The notes under the pieces are model-generated. The model was given only the letters and a program-made list of their open reading frames with translations. It had not been told where the DNA came from and ran no database searches. A DNA stretch of 63,342 nucleotides, filler included, from Octopus bimaculoides (Eukaryota): the NCBI RefSeq assembly GCF_001194135.2. It is 8 parts of 7 records of this genome, joined end to end, with 100 filler letters (N's around TTAATTAATTAA, not from the genome) between each part and the next. Parts side by side here need not be neighbours in the genome. Positions count along the whole stretch, not along the records: positions 25,747 to 39,014 come from NC_068981.1; positions 39,115 to 47,925 come from NC_069003.1; positions 48,026 to 57,087 come from NC_068995.1; 5 more parts are not named here. One strand, 5' to 3'. A program made the translations under genes and the position numbers. Below are positions 36,327 through 49,729 of this stretch, piece after piece (position 1 is the stretch's first letter; each line of letters starts with the position of its first letter).

Positions 36327-36716
36327 TGGAGGCGCAATGGCCCAGTGGTTAGGGCAGCAGACTCATGGTCATAGGATCGTGGTTTCGATTCTCAGACTGG
36401 GCGTTGTGAGTGTTTATTGAGCGAAAACACCTAAGGCTCCACGAGGCTCCGGCAGGGGATGGTGGCGAACCCTGCTGTACTCTTTCACCACAACTTTCTC
36501 TCACTCTTACTTCCTGTTTCTGTTGTACCTGTAATTCAAAGGGTCAGCCTTGTCACACTGTGTCACGCTGAATACTCCCGAGAACTACGTTAAGGGCGCA
36601 CGTGTCTGTGGAGTGCTCAGCCACTTGCACGTTAATTTCATGAGCAGGATGTTCCGTTGATTGGATCAACTGGAACCCTTGACGTCGTAAACGACGGAGT
36701 GCCAACAACAACAACA
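36327..36716 (+). mobile_element. Full-length tRNA-derived SINE family A
   Basis: Boxes A and B, (CAA)n tail; 11-bp TSD GCTATTGTTAG at 36316-36326 and 36717-36727. Confidence 0.92.
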
Positions 36717-37418
36717 GCTATTGTTAGCCACAAGACAGCAGACCTATTCAGATCTATGATCAAATGGTCTTAAGCCATCACAATACCATCATATTTATTT
36801 TAACAAGCATAACTTATCTAGGATTGCATCATCTAAACTGTCCTTCTTTCTCTAATAAGAAGCATGTAAGGAGAATTGCCTTGCTATTTCCAAAGGTTCC
36901 TCTTTAGATCATATACTGCCAATTTATGCTGATTGATGCCAATGATAAAAAAGTCTTTATTAATTTTTATCAATGTGTTTCAACATTTAAACACATTATT
37001 AATGCTTAAGCTTTTATATTATCAAATCACATTGAAGTTGGGTGCCAGTGAGTCTGAAGTCTTAAAACGAAATTAATATATATTTTTGAAAGAGAAATAA
37101 TATAAAAATATATTAAAACATCTATTATACAATTAGTTTTAAATAAATTGACTTGATCTATATAAAATTATTTGTTTTAAAAAGAAATGTATTCCATATT
37201 GTCTGTTATTTTTTTTTTGTTTTTTACTTGAAAGTGTTGCTATATTTTAGCTTTATTATTATTATTTTTTTTTTACGTCTCAACAGTCTGAGATGAAGTA
37301 TTTCTCTTATGCTTCTTGATCTTTCATCTATTGAGTCAGGGTTGATTTATTTCCATTATTTCTTCTTTCCCAGTAAATCAATATTTAGTGTTAAATATTC
37401 TCTTTATTTAAATTTGTC

Positions 37419-37461
<43 letters not shown>

Positions 37462-37738
37462 TACATATTAGGTATGTATGAATGAATGTATGNNNNNNNN
37501 NNTTCTATTGCTGTTTAACTACGCATAAAACTGTGCGCCTGTGTGTTTGTGTATGTATATGTTCATTTGTGTTTGTGAGGGTATGTGTGGTGTGTGTGTG
37601 TGTGTGTGTGGGTGAGCGTGTATGTGCATGTATGTTTGTGAGTGTGTGTGTGTGTTGCTGATTTTTCAATGAAATATAGCTTTTGCGACTTAACGGAAAA
37701 AAGATAGCAGGTGCTGTTTGGCTCCAAGAAATGCATTA

Positions 37739-37788
37739 TCACTTTGTCGTGTTATCAGTTTCTTCAGATGCTTGCATTGCATCAAGAG
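37739..37788 (-). CDS. Possible short terminal coding exon of an unidentified gene
   Basis: Acceptor tacctttcactag|CT, then LDAMQASEETDNTTK-TGA-TAA. No partner exon and no recognisable homology. Confidence 0.2.
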
Positions 37789-37879
37789 CTAGTGAAAGGT
37801 ATTATTTACGTCTTGTCGAAGAGGAAGGAAACAAAATGAAAATACTAATAAAAAAAAAAACATGAAAACAAAATTAAAA

Positions 37880-37992
37880 ATAACAACAACAACAACGACA
37901 ATAGTAATGATGTTGATGATGATGATAACAACAACAACAACAACAATAATAATAATAACAATAATGGTAACAACAACAATAACAACAACAGC

Positions 37993-38027
<35 letters not shown>
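37880..38027. repeat. Compound (CAA)/(GAT)/(TAA) microsatellite
   Basis: Direct inspection. Confidence 0.9.
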
Positions 38028-38028
<1 letters not shown>

Positions 38029-38749
38029 GAATCAAATGAATTTGAGTTAATAACATGCATTATATGGAAATGTAAACTGATAAAGAAATAGAAAACTAGA
38101 CATATATAAATAAATGCTAAATGTGTGAGTGGCAGAGAGAATAAAATGTATTTTCGCTTTCTTTTACATAACATTTATCAGAAAAAAAGAACAATTTTCC
38201 ATAAATATTATTTAATGGCTGGCAAAGAAAAAAAAATGTCAGAAGATATCAACTTGTAAGTATACTGAAGAAATCTTATACAATATCAGATTTCTCATCA
38301 CTTCCTTCCTTTCTTTATTTCTATTTCTCACTCCCCTCCTCAATCTGAACCTCGTTTTCTTCTATCCTGCTCTTATTCTTCTCTTCATCATGCCCACCAC
38401 CATTTTTTTTTTTTCATTGGTCTTCATTTTCTGTCTCATCATTCTTTATGTTTATTTCTTTCTGTGTGATAAAAAAAAGCATTTCTTCTTACTCAGTTTT
38501 CCCCCTTTCATATATAATCCGAAACAAAATAGAAAAAATTAAAATTTACATTGCATTTAAAATTTTAAATTAGTTTCTGGATCATAAAAATTTGATTTAC
38601 TTTACTTGAAATTCTTATTGGTAATTTTGTGCTGTACATGAAGCTAAATTTCATAATATATCAAGAAAGCAATTTGTTTCATCTTTCGCATTCCAAACTC
38701 AACTACATCCCCATATCAGAAAACAATAGAAACGCGAAAACAACCATAC

Positions 38750-39014
38750 GTCGTCGTCGTTTAACATCCGATTTCCATGCTAGCATGGGTTGGACGATTT
38801 GACTGAGTACTGGTGAAACCAGATGGCTACACCAGGCTCCAATCTGATTTGGCAGAGTTTCTACAGCTGGATGTCCTTCCTAACGCCAACCACTCAGAGA
38901 GTGTAGTGGGTGCTTTTACGTGTCACCTGCACGAAGGCCAGTCAGGCGGTACTGGCAACGGCTACGCTCAAAATGGTGCATTTCATGTGCCACCCGCACA
39001 AAAAAGAAAACAAA
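38750..39014 (-). mobile_element. RTE 3' UTR fragment
   Basis: Reverse copy of the 52260-52490 tail. Confidence 0.75.
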
Positions 39015-39114
39015 NNNNNNNNNNNNNNNNNNNNNNNNNNNNNNNNNNNNNNNNNNNNTTAATTAATTAANNNNNNNNNNNNNNNNNNNNNNNNNNNNNN
39101 NNNNNNNNNNNNNN
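39015..39114. other. Assembly join spacer
   Basis: TTAATTAATTAA at 39059-39070. Confidence 0.95.
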
Positions 39115-39418
39115 TTCTAACCCTAACCCTAACCCAGTATCTCTTTCACAGATGAGTGTTTACGAAATTCACTTCATAATTATATTACTTCCTGGTGCCA
39201 TATAATTATGTGACATCTTGGGCAAGTTTCTTTACCATTGCCTCTGATAGACTCATGTCTTATAAATAAAATTTGGCAAGTGAAAGCTGTGTTGGGGCTC
39301 GATAGGTGGACTGTGTCTATAATTAGATGGTCAATAACATTGATAAAAATAGAATACAACATCTTTTTAATCTACGAAATTCACCTTATAATTATATTAC
39401 TTCTTGGTGCAATATAAT
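39115..39418 (+). repeat. SINE-derived tandem repeat unit starting with (CCCTAA)3
   Basis: Near-identical to 42111-42391; internal period about 212 nt (TACGAAATTCAC at 39161 and 39373). Confidence 0.85.
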
Positions 39419-39559
39419 NNNNNNNNNNAAAAAAAAACGGAAACAAAAAAGAAAAAGAAAGAGATTTTGCATCACTTGTAAATGAAAGATAATACGAAAC
39501 TACCCTGAGTTTTTAGTCGCTTCAATGCTACTGCAAGTCAGTTACATTTCGGGTGGCGG

Positions 39560-39732
39560 CAAGTGACGATATTGAGGGAGGCGATAAAAGCTGGAATTTG
39601 ACTATCATTATTATTATTGTTATCATCATCATCATCATCATCGTTATCATTATCATCATTATTATTATTATTATTACCACTACTATTATTATTATCATTA
39701 TTATTATAATTATTATTATTATTAAATAGACA

Positions 39733-39771
<39 letters not shown>

Positions 39772-40210
39772 CATCATGATTTTTATTATTATTATGAGAT
39801 GATGATGGTAATGTTGATGTTAATGATGACGATGATAATGATGAGGATGATGGTGGTGGTGGTGATGATGATGAAGAGGATAGTGGTGGTGATGATGATA
39901 ATTATGATGATGAGGAGGAGGAGGAGCAGGAGGTTGATGATGAGGAGGTGGAGTCAGAGGAGGAGGTGGAGGCAGAGNNNNNNNNNNGGAGGCAGGGGAG
40001 GAGGTGGAGGCAGAGGAGGAGGTGGAGGCAGGGGAGGAGGTGAAGGAAGAGGAGGAGGTGGAGCAGGCGAGGAGGAGGATGGTGGCGGTGATGATTATGA
40101 TGATGACTACAACGATGATGTTGATGATAATGATGCTGATGATGATGATGATGACGAGGAGCAGGAGCAGGATGATGATGAGGATGATGATGTTGATGAT
40201 GATGAAGATG
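39560..40210. repeat. Mosaic trinucleotide tract (ATT/CAT, GAT/GAG/GGT)
   Basis: Direct inspection; source of spurious low-complexity ORFs. Confidence 0.9.
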
Positions 40211-40521
40211 ATTTATTTATTTATTGTCATTTGTTTGCTTTTGTTTTTTGTTTTTTTGTTTTTTGTTGTTGAAATTCTTCCAAGTTTAATATAGAATCGT
40301 TGGATGATTTAAGAAGTTTATTTTAAGAATTTCAACTGAGATTATTTACAATTTGTAATAAACAAAATGTAAAAAAAAGAGAAAAGAATAAAAACAGAAA
40401 AGAGTAGGAAAAGTGCGAAAAAAAGTGGGAGCAAAAAAAGGGGTTGATTCGTGTTTCCACCTGCACATGAGTGTATATATGTGCATGTGTGCATGTGTGT
40501 ATGTATGTATATACAAATATG

Positions 40522-40555
<34 letters not shown>

Positions 40556-40808
40556 TATACATATATATACATATATGTAAACACACCAACATCAGTTGTC
40601 AAGTAACGGTAGGGGGACAAACACACACACATACACACATATATATATACCACAAGCTTCTTTTAGTTTCTGTCTATCAAATCCACTTAAAACTTTGGTC
40701 GGCCTGAGGCTATATTAGAAGACACTTGCCCAAGGTGCCATGCAGTGGGACTGAACCCGGAACCATGTGGTTGGTAAGCGAGCTACTTACCACACAGCCA
40801 CTCCTATA

Positions 40809-41022
40809 TGATGGGGGTGGGGGTGCTGAAAAATTCCTGGTTTTCGGTAAAAGAAAATACAGGAGGATCAATTATGATTTTATCCAATACATCCCCACAC
40901 TTATTGCAGCAGTCCTTCAGTTTTTCTAGGCCCTGTAAAAGAACTCAGAATGTTGGGCCTCCAACCAGGCCTTTCGCGATGTCTTTAGAGCCAAGAACTT
41001 TTTAGTACGCCCCCCCCCCTCA
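40809..41022. mobile_element. Tc1/mariner-type MITE (214 bp)
   Basis: TA|TGATGGGGG..TGCTGAAAAATTCCTGG ... CCAAGAACTTTTTAGTAC..CCCCTCA|TA: TA TSDs and about 30-bp imperfect TIRs. Confidence 0.65.
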
Positions 41023-41619
41023 TATTTCACATTGCTCCAGTTTTCTGGCCTTGTGCTAAAACTCGAAACCAATATTTAAGTGTGAGCATCATTTGAAATT
41101 GGTTGAGGACAGATATCGTTTGGGAGTGAAGAATTTTCTGTCCCTTGAGAGAAGAACCGATTTTAAAGATATGGTCATTTAGCTATGTTAAGGAAATACT
41201 CTCACCAAGTGAGATCCAAAGTGATAGCGAGGCCTAATGGTTGGAGTGACTGTAAGGGAGTGTTGCATATTGCTCATCATCATAAACTCTAAATTTTGCT
41301 CACAACAAACTTCATGTGGTGCATCTGAGCCAAAAATGCAAATCATTCAACTCCATTTTGCCAGATTTTGAAGGACAAAAATAAAACAGAAAGAAACGGG
41401 TTCCATTCCTCTGCTTCACGTCTGAGCGGTTTGTAGTAGGCTAGAAAGAGAAAGAAGCATCCAGCTGTAGAAACAATTGTTCCAGCAGATAAACTATCCC
41501 ACCCATGCAAACATGGAAAATTGAATGTGAAACAGTTTAGAAACATGTTGAGCACCGTCATCAACGATTTAGCAAACATGCTTTTTGTCTGTTATTGTTT
41601 AAAAATTAAAATACCATCA

Positions 41620-42391
41620 TCGGTTGAATAAAAGTAGAACGTAACATCTTCTTTTTAATCTCCCAGATGTTTTTAGCTAATGTTTCCCCATCTAACAGCA
41701 TCTAGCTTCTTCCAAACTACAAATCTCTTATTGCTATTTCTCTGTGTCTTTCATCTATTTTCCCAGCATTTCTCACATGGCTGAGCTTTTAAGAAGTTTC
41801 CCCTCATAATCATGTTCCTGCTTGGTGCAATATAATATGACGTCTTGGGCAAGTTTCTTTACCATTGCTACTGAGAGACCCATGTCTTATAAATAAAATT
41901 TGGTAAACGAAAACTGTGTTGGAACTTCATAGATAGATCGTATCTATTATTAAAAGGCCCTACCCCGTCATAGATAATTATGTTGATTCAATGCAAGAAT
42001 AACATTGAAACAATAAAACACATTTATTTAAACTCCCACATGTTTTTAGCTAATGTTTCCTCATCAACCAGCAGCCACCTTCTTCTAAACTACAAATCTC
42101 TTATTATTATTTCTAACCCTAACCCTAACCCAGTATCTCTTTCACAGATGAGTGTTTACGAAATTCACTTCATAATTATATTACTTCCTGGTGCCATATA
42201 ATTATGTGACATCTTGGGCAAGTTTCTTTACCATTGCCTCTGATAGACTCATGTCTTATAAATAAAATTTGGCAAACGAAAACTGTGTTGAAGCTCGATA
42301 GGTGGACTGTGTCTATAATTAGAAGGTCAATAACATTGATAAAAATAGAATGCAACATCTTTTTAATCTACGAAATTCACCTTATAATTAT
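41620..42391 (+). repeat. Tandem array of SINE-derived units (about 373-nt period) with interstitial telomeric motif
   Basis: CTCCCA(G/C)ATGTTTTTAGCTAATG at 41660 and 42033; TTGGGCAAGTTTCTT core in each unit; runs into an N gap. Confidence 0.8.
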
Positions 42392-43479
42392 NNNNNNNNN
42401 NNNNNNNNNNNNNNNNNNNNNNNNNNNNNNNNNNNNNNNNNNNNNNNNNNNNNNNNNNNNNNNNNNNNNNNNNNNNNNNNNNNNNNNNNNNNNNNNNNNN
42501 NNNNNNNNNNNNNNNNNNNNNNNNNNNNNNNNNNNNNNNNNNNNNNNNNNNNNNNNNNNNNNNNNNNNNNNNNNNNNNNNNNNNNNNNNNNNNNNNNNNN
42601 NNNNNNNNNNNNNNNNNNNNNNNNNNNNNNNNNNNNNNNNNNNNNNNNNNNNNNNNNNNNNNNNNNNNNNNNNNNNNNNNNNNNNNNNNNNNNNNNNNNN
42701 NNNNNNNNNNNNNNNNNNNNNNNNNNNNNNNNNNNNNNNNNNNNNNNNNNNNNNNNNNNNNNNNNNNNNNNNNNNNNNNNNNNNNNNNNNNNNNNNNNNN
42801 NNNNNNNNNNNNNNNNNNNNNNNNNNNNNNNNNNNNNNNNNNNNNNNNNNNNNNNNNNNNNNNNNNNNNNNNNNNNNNNNNNNNNNNNNNNNNNNNNNNN
42901 NNNNNNNNNNNNNNNNNNNNNNNNNNNNNNNNNNNNNNNNNNNNNNNNNNGTTAGCCTGAAGCTATAATTGAAGACACTTGCCCAAGATGCCATGCAGCG
43001 GGACTGAACCCAGAACCATGTGGTAGGGAAACAAGCTTCTTTATTTCATAAATATTTGCCATAAAGGCATTACAAAGAGGGGACGAACAAGGACAGACAA
43101 ACATAAAAGGGGTGAAGAAGCTGTATCGACTAAATATTTACAAATTTAAATACACAATAAAAATTATTTACAATGTTCGATTGAAGTATTGCTCATTACA
43201 GATGCAATTTGTAATGGGTTTCCTGAAGGATAGGCATCCGACCACCAGGGTAGACCCCTTGCCTTTTCTTTCCCTTGTTTTTGGCTCCTACCACACATCC
43301 ACACCTGTGCCTGATATAATTTGCTAGACATTTAACTACTATTTTTAGCAGGTCAAGAAACCACATAGTAGTTCCTTTTTTTTTGAGCAGTGTTAGATAG
43401 ATAAGCAGATGAATGGGGAGAAATAAGTGAGTATATGTGTAATTACATGTTAGGAGGATGATAGAGATGATGACAAGAT

Positions 43480-43634
43480 GATGATAAGATGATGATGATG
43501 ATGAGGAGGAGGAGGATGGAGGTGGCGATAGCATTAATATATAATGGTTACATGCGATAGAGAGAGAGAGAGAGAGAGAGAGTGTGTGTGTGTGTGTGAC
43601 ATTGATGTTTGAGTAATATCTTGTAATGATGATA

Positions 43635-43665
<31 letters not shown>

Positions 43666-45870
43666 GGAGGAGGAGGAGGAGGAGGATGATAATGACGATG
43701 ACAATGCTACGGCTGCTGTTGATGATGATGATGATGATGGATTTGGAGGCGGTGGTGGAGGGAAGCGTGTTGCAATGGTGATGAATTTATGACTGTGTGA
43801 GAAGCGTATAAGAAGAGGTTGGCATGTGTATGTGTGTGTGTGTGTTTGATGAAGACAGTAACAATGACGATGACGATGATGATGATGACGACGATGGCGG
43901 ATGTTAAAGACGATGATGACAAATGCTCAAGAAAATTCATCACTCAAGAGTTATAATAATATGGTTCTGGGATTNNNNNNNNNNNNNNNNNNNNNNNNNN
44001 NNNNNNNNNNNNNNNNNNNNNNNNNNNNNNNNNNNNNNNNNNNNNNNNNNNNNNNNNNNNNNNNNNNNNNNNNNNNNNNNNNNNNNNNNNNNNNNNNNNN
44101 NNNNNNNNNNNNNNNNNNNNNNNNNNNNNNNNNNNNNNNNNNNNNNNNNNNNNNNNNNNNNNNNNNNNNNNNNNNNNNNNNNNNNNNNNNNNNNNNNNNN
44201 NNNNNNNNNNNNNNNNNNNNNNNNNNNNNNNNNNNNNNNNNNNNNNNNNNNNNNNNNNNNNNNNNNNNNNNNNNNNNNNNNNNNNNNNNNNNNNNNNNNN
44301 NNNNNNNNNNNNNNNNNNNNNNNNNNNNNNNNNNNNNNNNNNNNNNNNNNNNNNNNNNNNNNNNNNNNNNNNNNNNNNNNNNNNNNNNNNNNNNNNNNNN
44401 NNNNNNNNNNNNNNNNNNNNNNNNNNNNNNNNNNNNNNNNNNNNNNNNNNNNNNNNNNNNNNNNNNNNNNNNNNNNNNNNNNNNNNNNNNNNNNNNNNNN
44501 NNNNNNNNNNNNNNNNNNNNNNNNNNNNNNNNNNNNNNNNNNNNNNNNNNNNNNNNNNNNNNNNNNNNNNNNNNNNNNNNNNNNNNNNNNNNNNNNNNNN
44601 NNNNNNNNNNNNGTGATGGTGATGCTGGTAGTTGTGGTGGTAGTGGTGGTGGTGGTGGCAGTAATGGTTGTGGTTGTGGTGGCAGTTGTGGTGGTGGAGA
44701 TTGTGGTGGTGGTGGAACTGATGGGTGTGGTGGTGGTGATGGTAGTGGCAGTGATGGTGGTGGTGTCGGTTGTGGTGGTGGTGGCTGTAGTGATGGTAGT
44801 GGTGATGGTTGTAGTTGTGGTGGTAGTGGTGTTGGTGTTAAAAACGGTGGTGGTAGTGGTGGCTGTGATAATCCTGGCAGGGTTTGGTGATAGTATTGGT
44901 TGTAGTGTTGATGATGATGACAACAGTGGTGATACTGGTACTGGTACTGTGGTGGTGGTGGTGGTGATGTGTGGTGGTGGTGGTGATGTGTGGTTGTGGT
45001 AGTGAGTGTGGGTTGGGTGATGGTGGCAGTGGTTAATAGAAATGTAAGCATGTGGAGGTAGTAGCGTATGGCAGGAGTATGCAGTGGTCCTGATTAATGC
45101 AAGTAGAAGTAGTGGTGGTGATGGCAGTGGTGGTAATGGTTGTGGTAATCATGGTGGTAGTAGTAGTAGTAGTAGTAGTAATAGTGGTGGTGGTGGTGGT
45201 GGTGGTGGTGGTGGTAATGATGGTAGTAGTAGTCAAGGCGGTGGCAGTGGTTCTGTTGGTGGTAGCAGTGGTTGTACTGGTTGTGGTTGTGTTGGTGGTA
45301 GTTGTAAGAGTTGTAGTCCTGGTGGTAGTAGTGGTGGCAGTGGTAGTAGTGATAGTTCCAATACTGGTTGTGGTGGTGTTGGTTGTAGTTCTGTTGGTGG
45401 TAGTAGGAGTTATGGTGGTAGTAGTAATAGTGGTGGTGGTGGTGGTGGTGGTGGTAGCAATAGCAGTGGTGGTTGGTGTGCAGGTGGGAAATTTTATTAG
45501 CCAGAGAGCAACGTCTTTTGTCTCTTCTGATGCACTGCCGATCCACCCCTGCCATCCACCTCCTACCCTGGCTGTAACCTGATCTGTTCACTCAGAAACC
45601 AACAGTCATCTTCCACAGACAGGGTGAGGGGACCGAGTGGTGGAGTGTGTGGCGGCAGGGTGGGGAGATAGAAGTTCAGTGGGTGGGTGGGGGGAGGATT
45701 GAGTGGTGATGGGATGGGGGTTGGGGTGGATAGCGGTGGCATAACAAAGAGATCCAGGCTGGCTATGGCATCATTAATTATAATGATGATGATGATGATG
45801 TTGATGGTCGGGGTGGGGTGATAGTGATGATGATGAGGTGATGGTGGTAGTGGTGGTAGTGATAATGATN
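43480..45870. repeat. Long G/T-rich degenerate trinucleotide mosaic (GGT/AGT/GAT/TGT)
   Basis: Direct inspection; strong strand skew; interrupted by gaps. Confidence 0.9.
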
Positions 45871-46547
45871 NNNNNNNNNNNNNNNNNNNNNNNNNNNNNN
45901 NNNNNNNNNNNNNNNNNNNNNNNNNNNNNNNNNNNNNNNNNNNNNNNNNNNNNNNNNNNNNNNNNNNNNNNNNNNNNNNNNNNNNNNNNNNNNNNNNNNN
46001 NNNNNNNNNNNNNNNNNNNNNNNNNNNNNNNNNNNNNNNNNNNNNNNNNNNNNNNNNNNNNNNNNNNNNNNNNNNNNNNNNNNNNNNNNNNNNNNNNNNN
46101 NNNNNNNNNNNNNNNNNNNNNNNNNNNNNNNNNNNNNNNNNNNNNNNNNNNNNNNNNNNNNNNNNNNNNNNNNNNNNNNNNNNNNNNNNNNNNNNNNNNN
46201 NNNNNNNNNNNNNNNNNNNNNNNNNNNNNNNNNNNNNNNNNNNNNNNNNNNNNNNNNNNNNNNNNNNNNNNNNNNNNNNNNNNNNNNNNNNNNNNNNNNN
46301 NNNNNNNNNNNNNNNNNNNNNNNNNNNNNNNNNNNNNNNNNNNNNNNNNNNNNNNNNNNNNNNNNNNNNNNNNNNNNNNNNNNNNNNNNNNNNNNNNNNN
46401 NNNNNNNNNNNNNNNNNNNNNNNNNNNNNNNNNNNNNNNNNNNNNNNNNNNNNNNNNNNNNNNNNNNNNNNNNNNNNNNNNNNNNNNNNNNNNNNNNNNN
46501 NNNNNNNNNNNNNNNNNNNNNNNNNNNNNNNNNNNNNNNNNNNNNNA

Positions 46548-46728
46548 GAATCCTTGTCTGATGTTGGATCAATTCCAAAATCTAACCACTTTGTGCCAGT
46601 CACAAGGCCAACATCCCTGAAAGTTTCATCCGAATCCATCCAGCGGTTCTTGAGATATCTTGTCCACGGACAAAGAAACAAACAAACACAACTGAAAACA
46701 ATACCTCTGCCTTCGCTAAGGCGGAGAT
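46548..46728 (-). mobile_element. Helentron/DINE-type non-autonomous element, 5' part
   Basis: Minus strand begins ATCTCCGCC-TTAGCGAA-GGCAGAGGTATTGTTTTCAG, then a GTTT microsatellite and GATATCTCAAGAACCGCTGGATGGATTCGGATGAAACTT, the layout of HINE/DINE-like elements; sits beside (AAT)n. Confidence 0.5.
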
Positions 46729-46732
46729 GATG

Positions 46733-46796
<64 letters not shown>

Positions 46797-46810
46797 TAAT
46801 AATAATAATG

Positions 46811-46865
<55 letters not shown>
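46733..46865. repeat. (AAT)n microsatellite
   Basis: About 44 triplets. Confidence 0.95.
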
Positions 46866-46866
<1 letters not shown>

Positions 46867-47925
46867 CCTTTCCACTATAGTAGAAGACACCTGCTCAAGG
46901 TACCATGCAGTGTGACTGAACCCAGAACCTTGTGGTTGGAAAGCAAGCTTCTTACCACACAGCCATGCCCACACTTACATATATATATGAACACACACAC
47001 ACACACACACATGTGCACACACACATATATATGTATGTATACATATATCTCTCTCTATATATATGTGTGTGTTTAATTGCACTAACCTGGTGACTAAAAA
47101 ATAGTATAGTTCCTTATTTGTAAAGGTTTTCACACTGAAAAACTAATTTGTCATGTGTCAAGTTGGACAATGGCACAATATATGTTCTCAGTGACTCCTT
47201 ACACGGACTCACTTGCCTTCCGATTAGTTCAGTCGGAGTACTGAAGATTGCAGGCCATCCGATCACCCATCCATCTATCCATCCATCCATCTGCTCATCC
47301 ATTCATCCATCCGCCCATCCAAACGGACAAAAGTTGAAAGGAAATATAACAAAACATGGTTGTGTGGTTTGAGACTGCAAGGCTTCAGGTTCAGTCCCAC
47401 TGCACGAAGGCACCTTGGACAAGTGTTTTCTATTATAGCCACAGGGCTGAGCAATGCCTTGTAAGGGAACTTGGAAGACAGAAACTGTGTGGAAGCCTGT
47501 TGTGAGCGTATGTGTGTATGTGTGTGTGTATACATACACGCACACACACATATATATATATATATTTATATACATACACATATATATTTATATATATATG
47601 TATGTATGCATTTATGAATGTATGTATGTATATATGTGTGTTTTTACAGATATTTATTTTTGTGTATGTGTATATATGTATATGTGTGATTTTATGTATA
47701 TATGTGTTTATATGTATGTAGTTTGTTAAAGAAAGAATACAAGACATTCTTAGCTTAAGCTGCTAAAAGAATTCTAAAAGAATTCTAAAAGAATTCTTAA
47801 GTCCATAGAATTAGAAGAACTCTGAAGAAGTTCTTTGAGAATGTCTCAAATATTTTGGCTTGAAGAAAAACTAACATGAATTTAATTTCAGCGAAGTATA
47901 AATAAAGAACAGTAAACCGTATCAG

Positions 47926-48025
47926 NNNNNNNNNNNNNNNNNNNNNNNNNNNNNNNNNNNNNNNNNNNNTTAATTAATTAANNNNNNNNNNNNNNNNNNN
48001 NNNNNNNNNNNNNNNNNNNNNNNNN
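47926..48025. other. Assembly join spacer
   Basis: TTAATTAATTAA at 47970-47981. Confidence 0.95.
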
Positions 48026-48698
48026 CGACGTTGGCATCGGTGCCAGTCGTCGAATTTAACTCAATTTTGATTTCACTTGCCTCAACAGGTCTTCGCAAGT
48101 GGAGTTTAGTGTCCAGTTTAACTACTTATTTTAATGACCTTGAAAAGATGAAAGGCAAAGTCGACCCTGGTGGCATCTGAACTCAGAAATGTAAAGATGG
48201 ACAAAGTGCTGCTAAGTATTTTGCTTGACATGCTAATGATTTTGCTAGCTTGCTAGCTTCTACTCTACAAATATTATCAACTCCTTCATCCATCCCAGTC
48301 TGCCTTCTCTTCATTAGAATCAACATGTCAACTCTTCTGCTGCTACTGCTCCTCCTCTTTCCCCTCTCCCCCTACTACTACATAGTCATGGCCATTGCCA
48401 CCACAGTTAGTGCCACTGCTTGACATCACCAGTAAAAAAAAAAAAAAGAACCCCCCTGAGGCATAAGGCAAGGCAAGGTTGTTTTTAATGGAAAACCAGC
48501 AGTCGCTCATGCATACCAGCCTCACCTCTCTACACCACTGATGTTATCCAAGGGAACGACAAAGGCCGATACAGCTTGGCACCAGTGATGTTGCAACTCA
48601 TTTCTACAGCTGAGTGAACTGGATCAATGTAAAATAAAGTATCTTGCTCAAGAAAACAACACACGGTCTGGTCCATATATATATATACATATATACAC

Positions 48699-48749
<51 letters not shown>

Positions 48750-49729
48750 NNNNNNNNNNNNNNNNNNNNNNNNNNNNNNNNNNNNNNNNNNNNNNNNNNN
48801 NNNNNNNNNNNNNNNNNNNNNNNNNNNNNNNNNNNNNNNNNNNNNNNNNNNNNNNNNNNNNNNNNNNNNNNNNNNNNNNNNNNNNNNNNNNNNNNNNNNN
48901 NNNNNNNNNNNNNNNNNNNNNNNNNNNNNNNNNNNNNNNNNNNNNNNNNNNNNNNNNNNNNNNNNNNNNNNNNNNNNNNNNNNNNNNNNNNNNNNNNNNN
49001 NNNNNNNNNNNNNNNNNNNNNNNNNNNNNNNNNNNNNNNNNNNNNNNNNNNNNNNNNNNNNNNNNNNNNNNNNNNNNNNNNNNNNNNNNNNNNNNNNNNN
49101 NNNNNNNNNNNNNNNNNNNNNNNNNNNNNNNNNNNNNNNNNNNNNNNNNNNNNNNNNNNNNNNNNNNNNNNNNNNNNNNNNNNNNNNNNNNNNNNNNNNN
49201 NNNNNNNNNNNNNNNNNNNNNNNNNNNNNNNNNNNNNNNNNNNNNNNNNNNNNNNNNNNNNNNNNNNNNNNNNNNNNNNNNNNNNNNNNNNNNNNNNNNN
49301 NNNNNNNNNNNNNNNNNNNNNNNNNNNNNNNNNNNNNNNNNNNNNNNNNNNNNNNNNNNNNNNNNNNNNNNNNNNNNNNNNNNNNNNNNNNNNNNNNNNN
49401 NNNNNNNNNNNNNNNNNNNNNNNNNNNNNNNNNNNNNNNNNNNNNNNNNNNNNNNNNNNNNNNNNNNNNNNNNNNNNNNNNNNNNNNNNNNNNNNNNNNN
49501 NNNNNNNNNNNNNNNNNNNNNNNNNNNNNNNNNNNNNNNNNNNNNNNNNNNNNNNNNNNNNNNNNNNNNNNNNNNNNNNNNNNNNNNNNNNNNNNNNNNN
49601 NNNNNNNNNNNNNNNNNNNNNNNNNNNNNNNNNNNNNNNNNNNNNNNNNNNNNNNNNNNNNNNNNNNNNNNNNNNNNNNNNNNNNNNNNNNNNNNNNNNN
49701 NNNNNNNNNNNNNNNNNNNNNNNNNNNNA

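Noticed and set aside
39799-40294. Acidic/Gly-rich ORFs
   Set aside because: Trinucleotide mosaic spanning an N gap.
45084-45500. Gly/Ser/Cys-rich 138-aa ORF and overlapping poly-Val/Thr/His ORFs
   Set aside because: Translation of degenerate GGT/AGT/TGT microsatellite; open in several frames; no splice or homology support.
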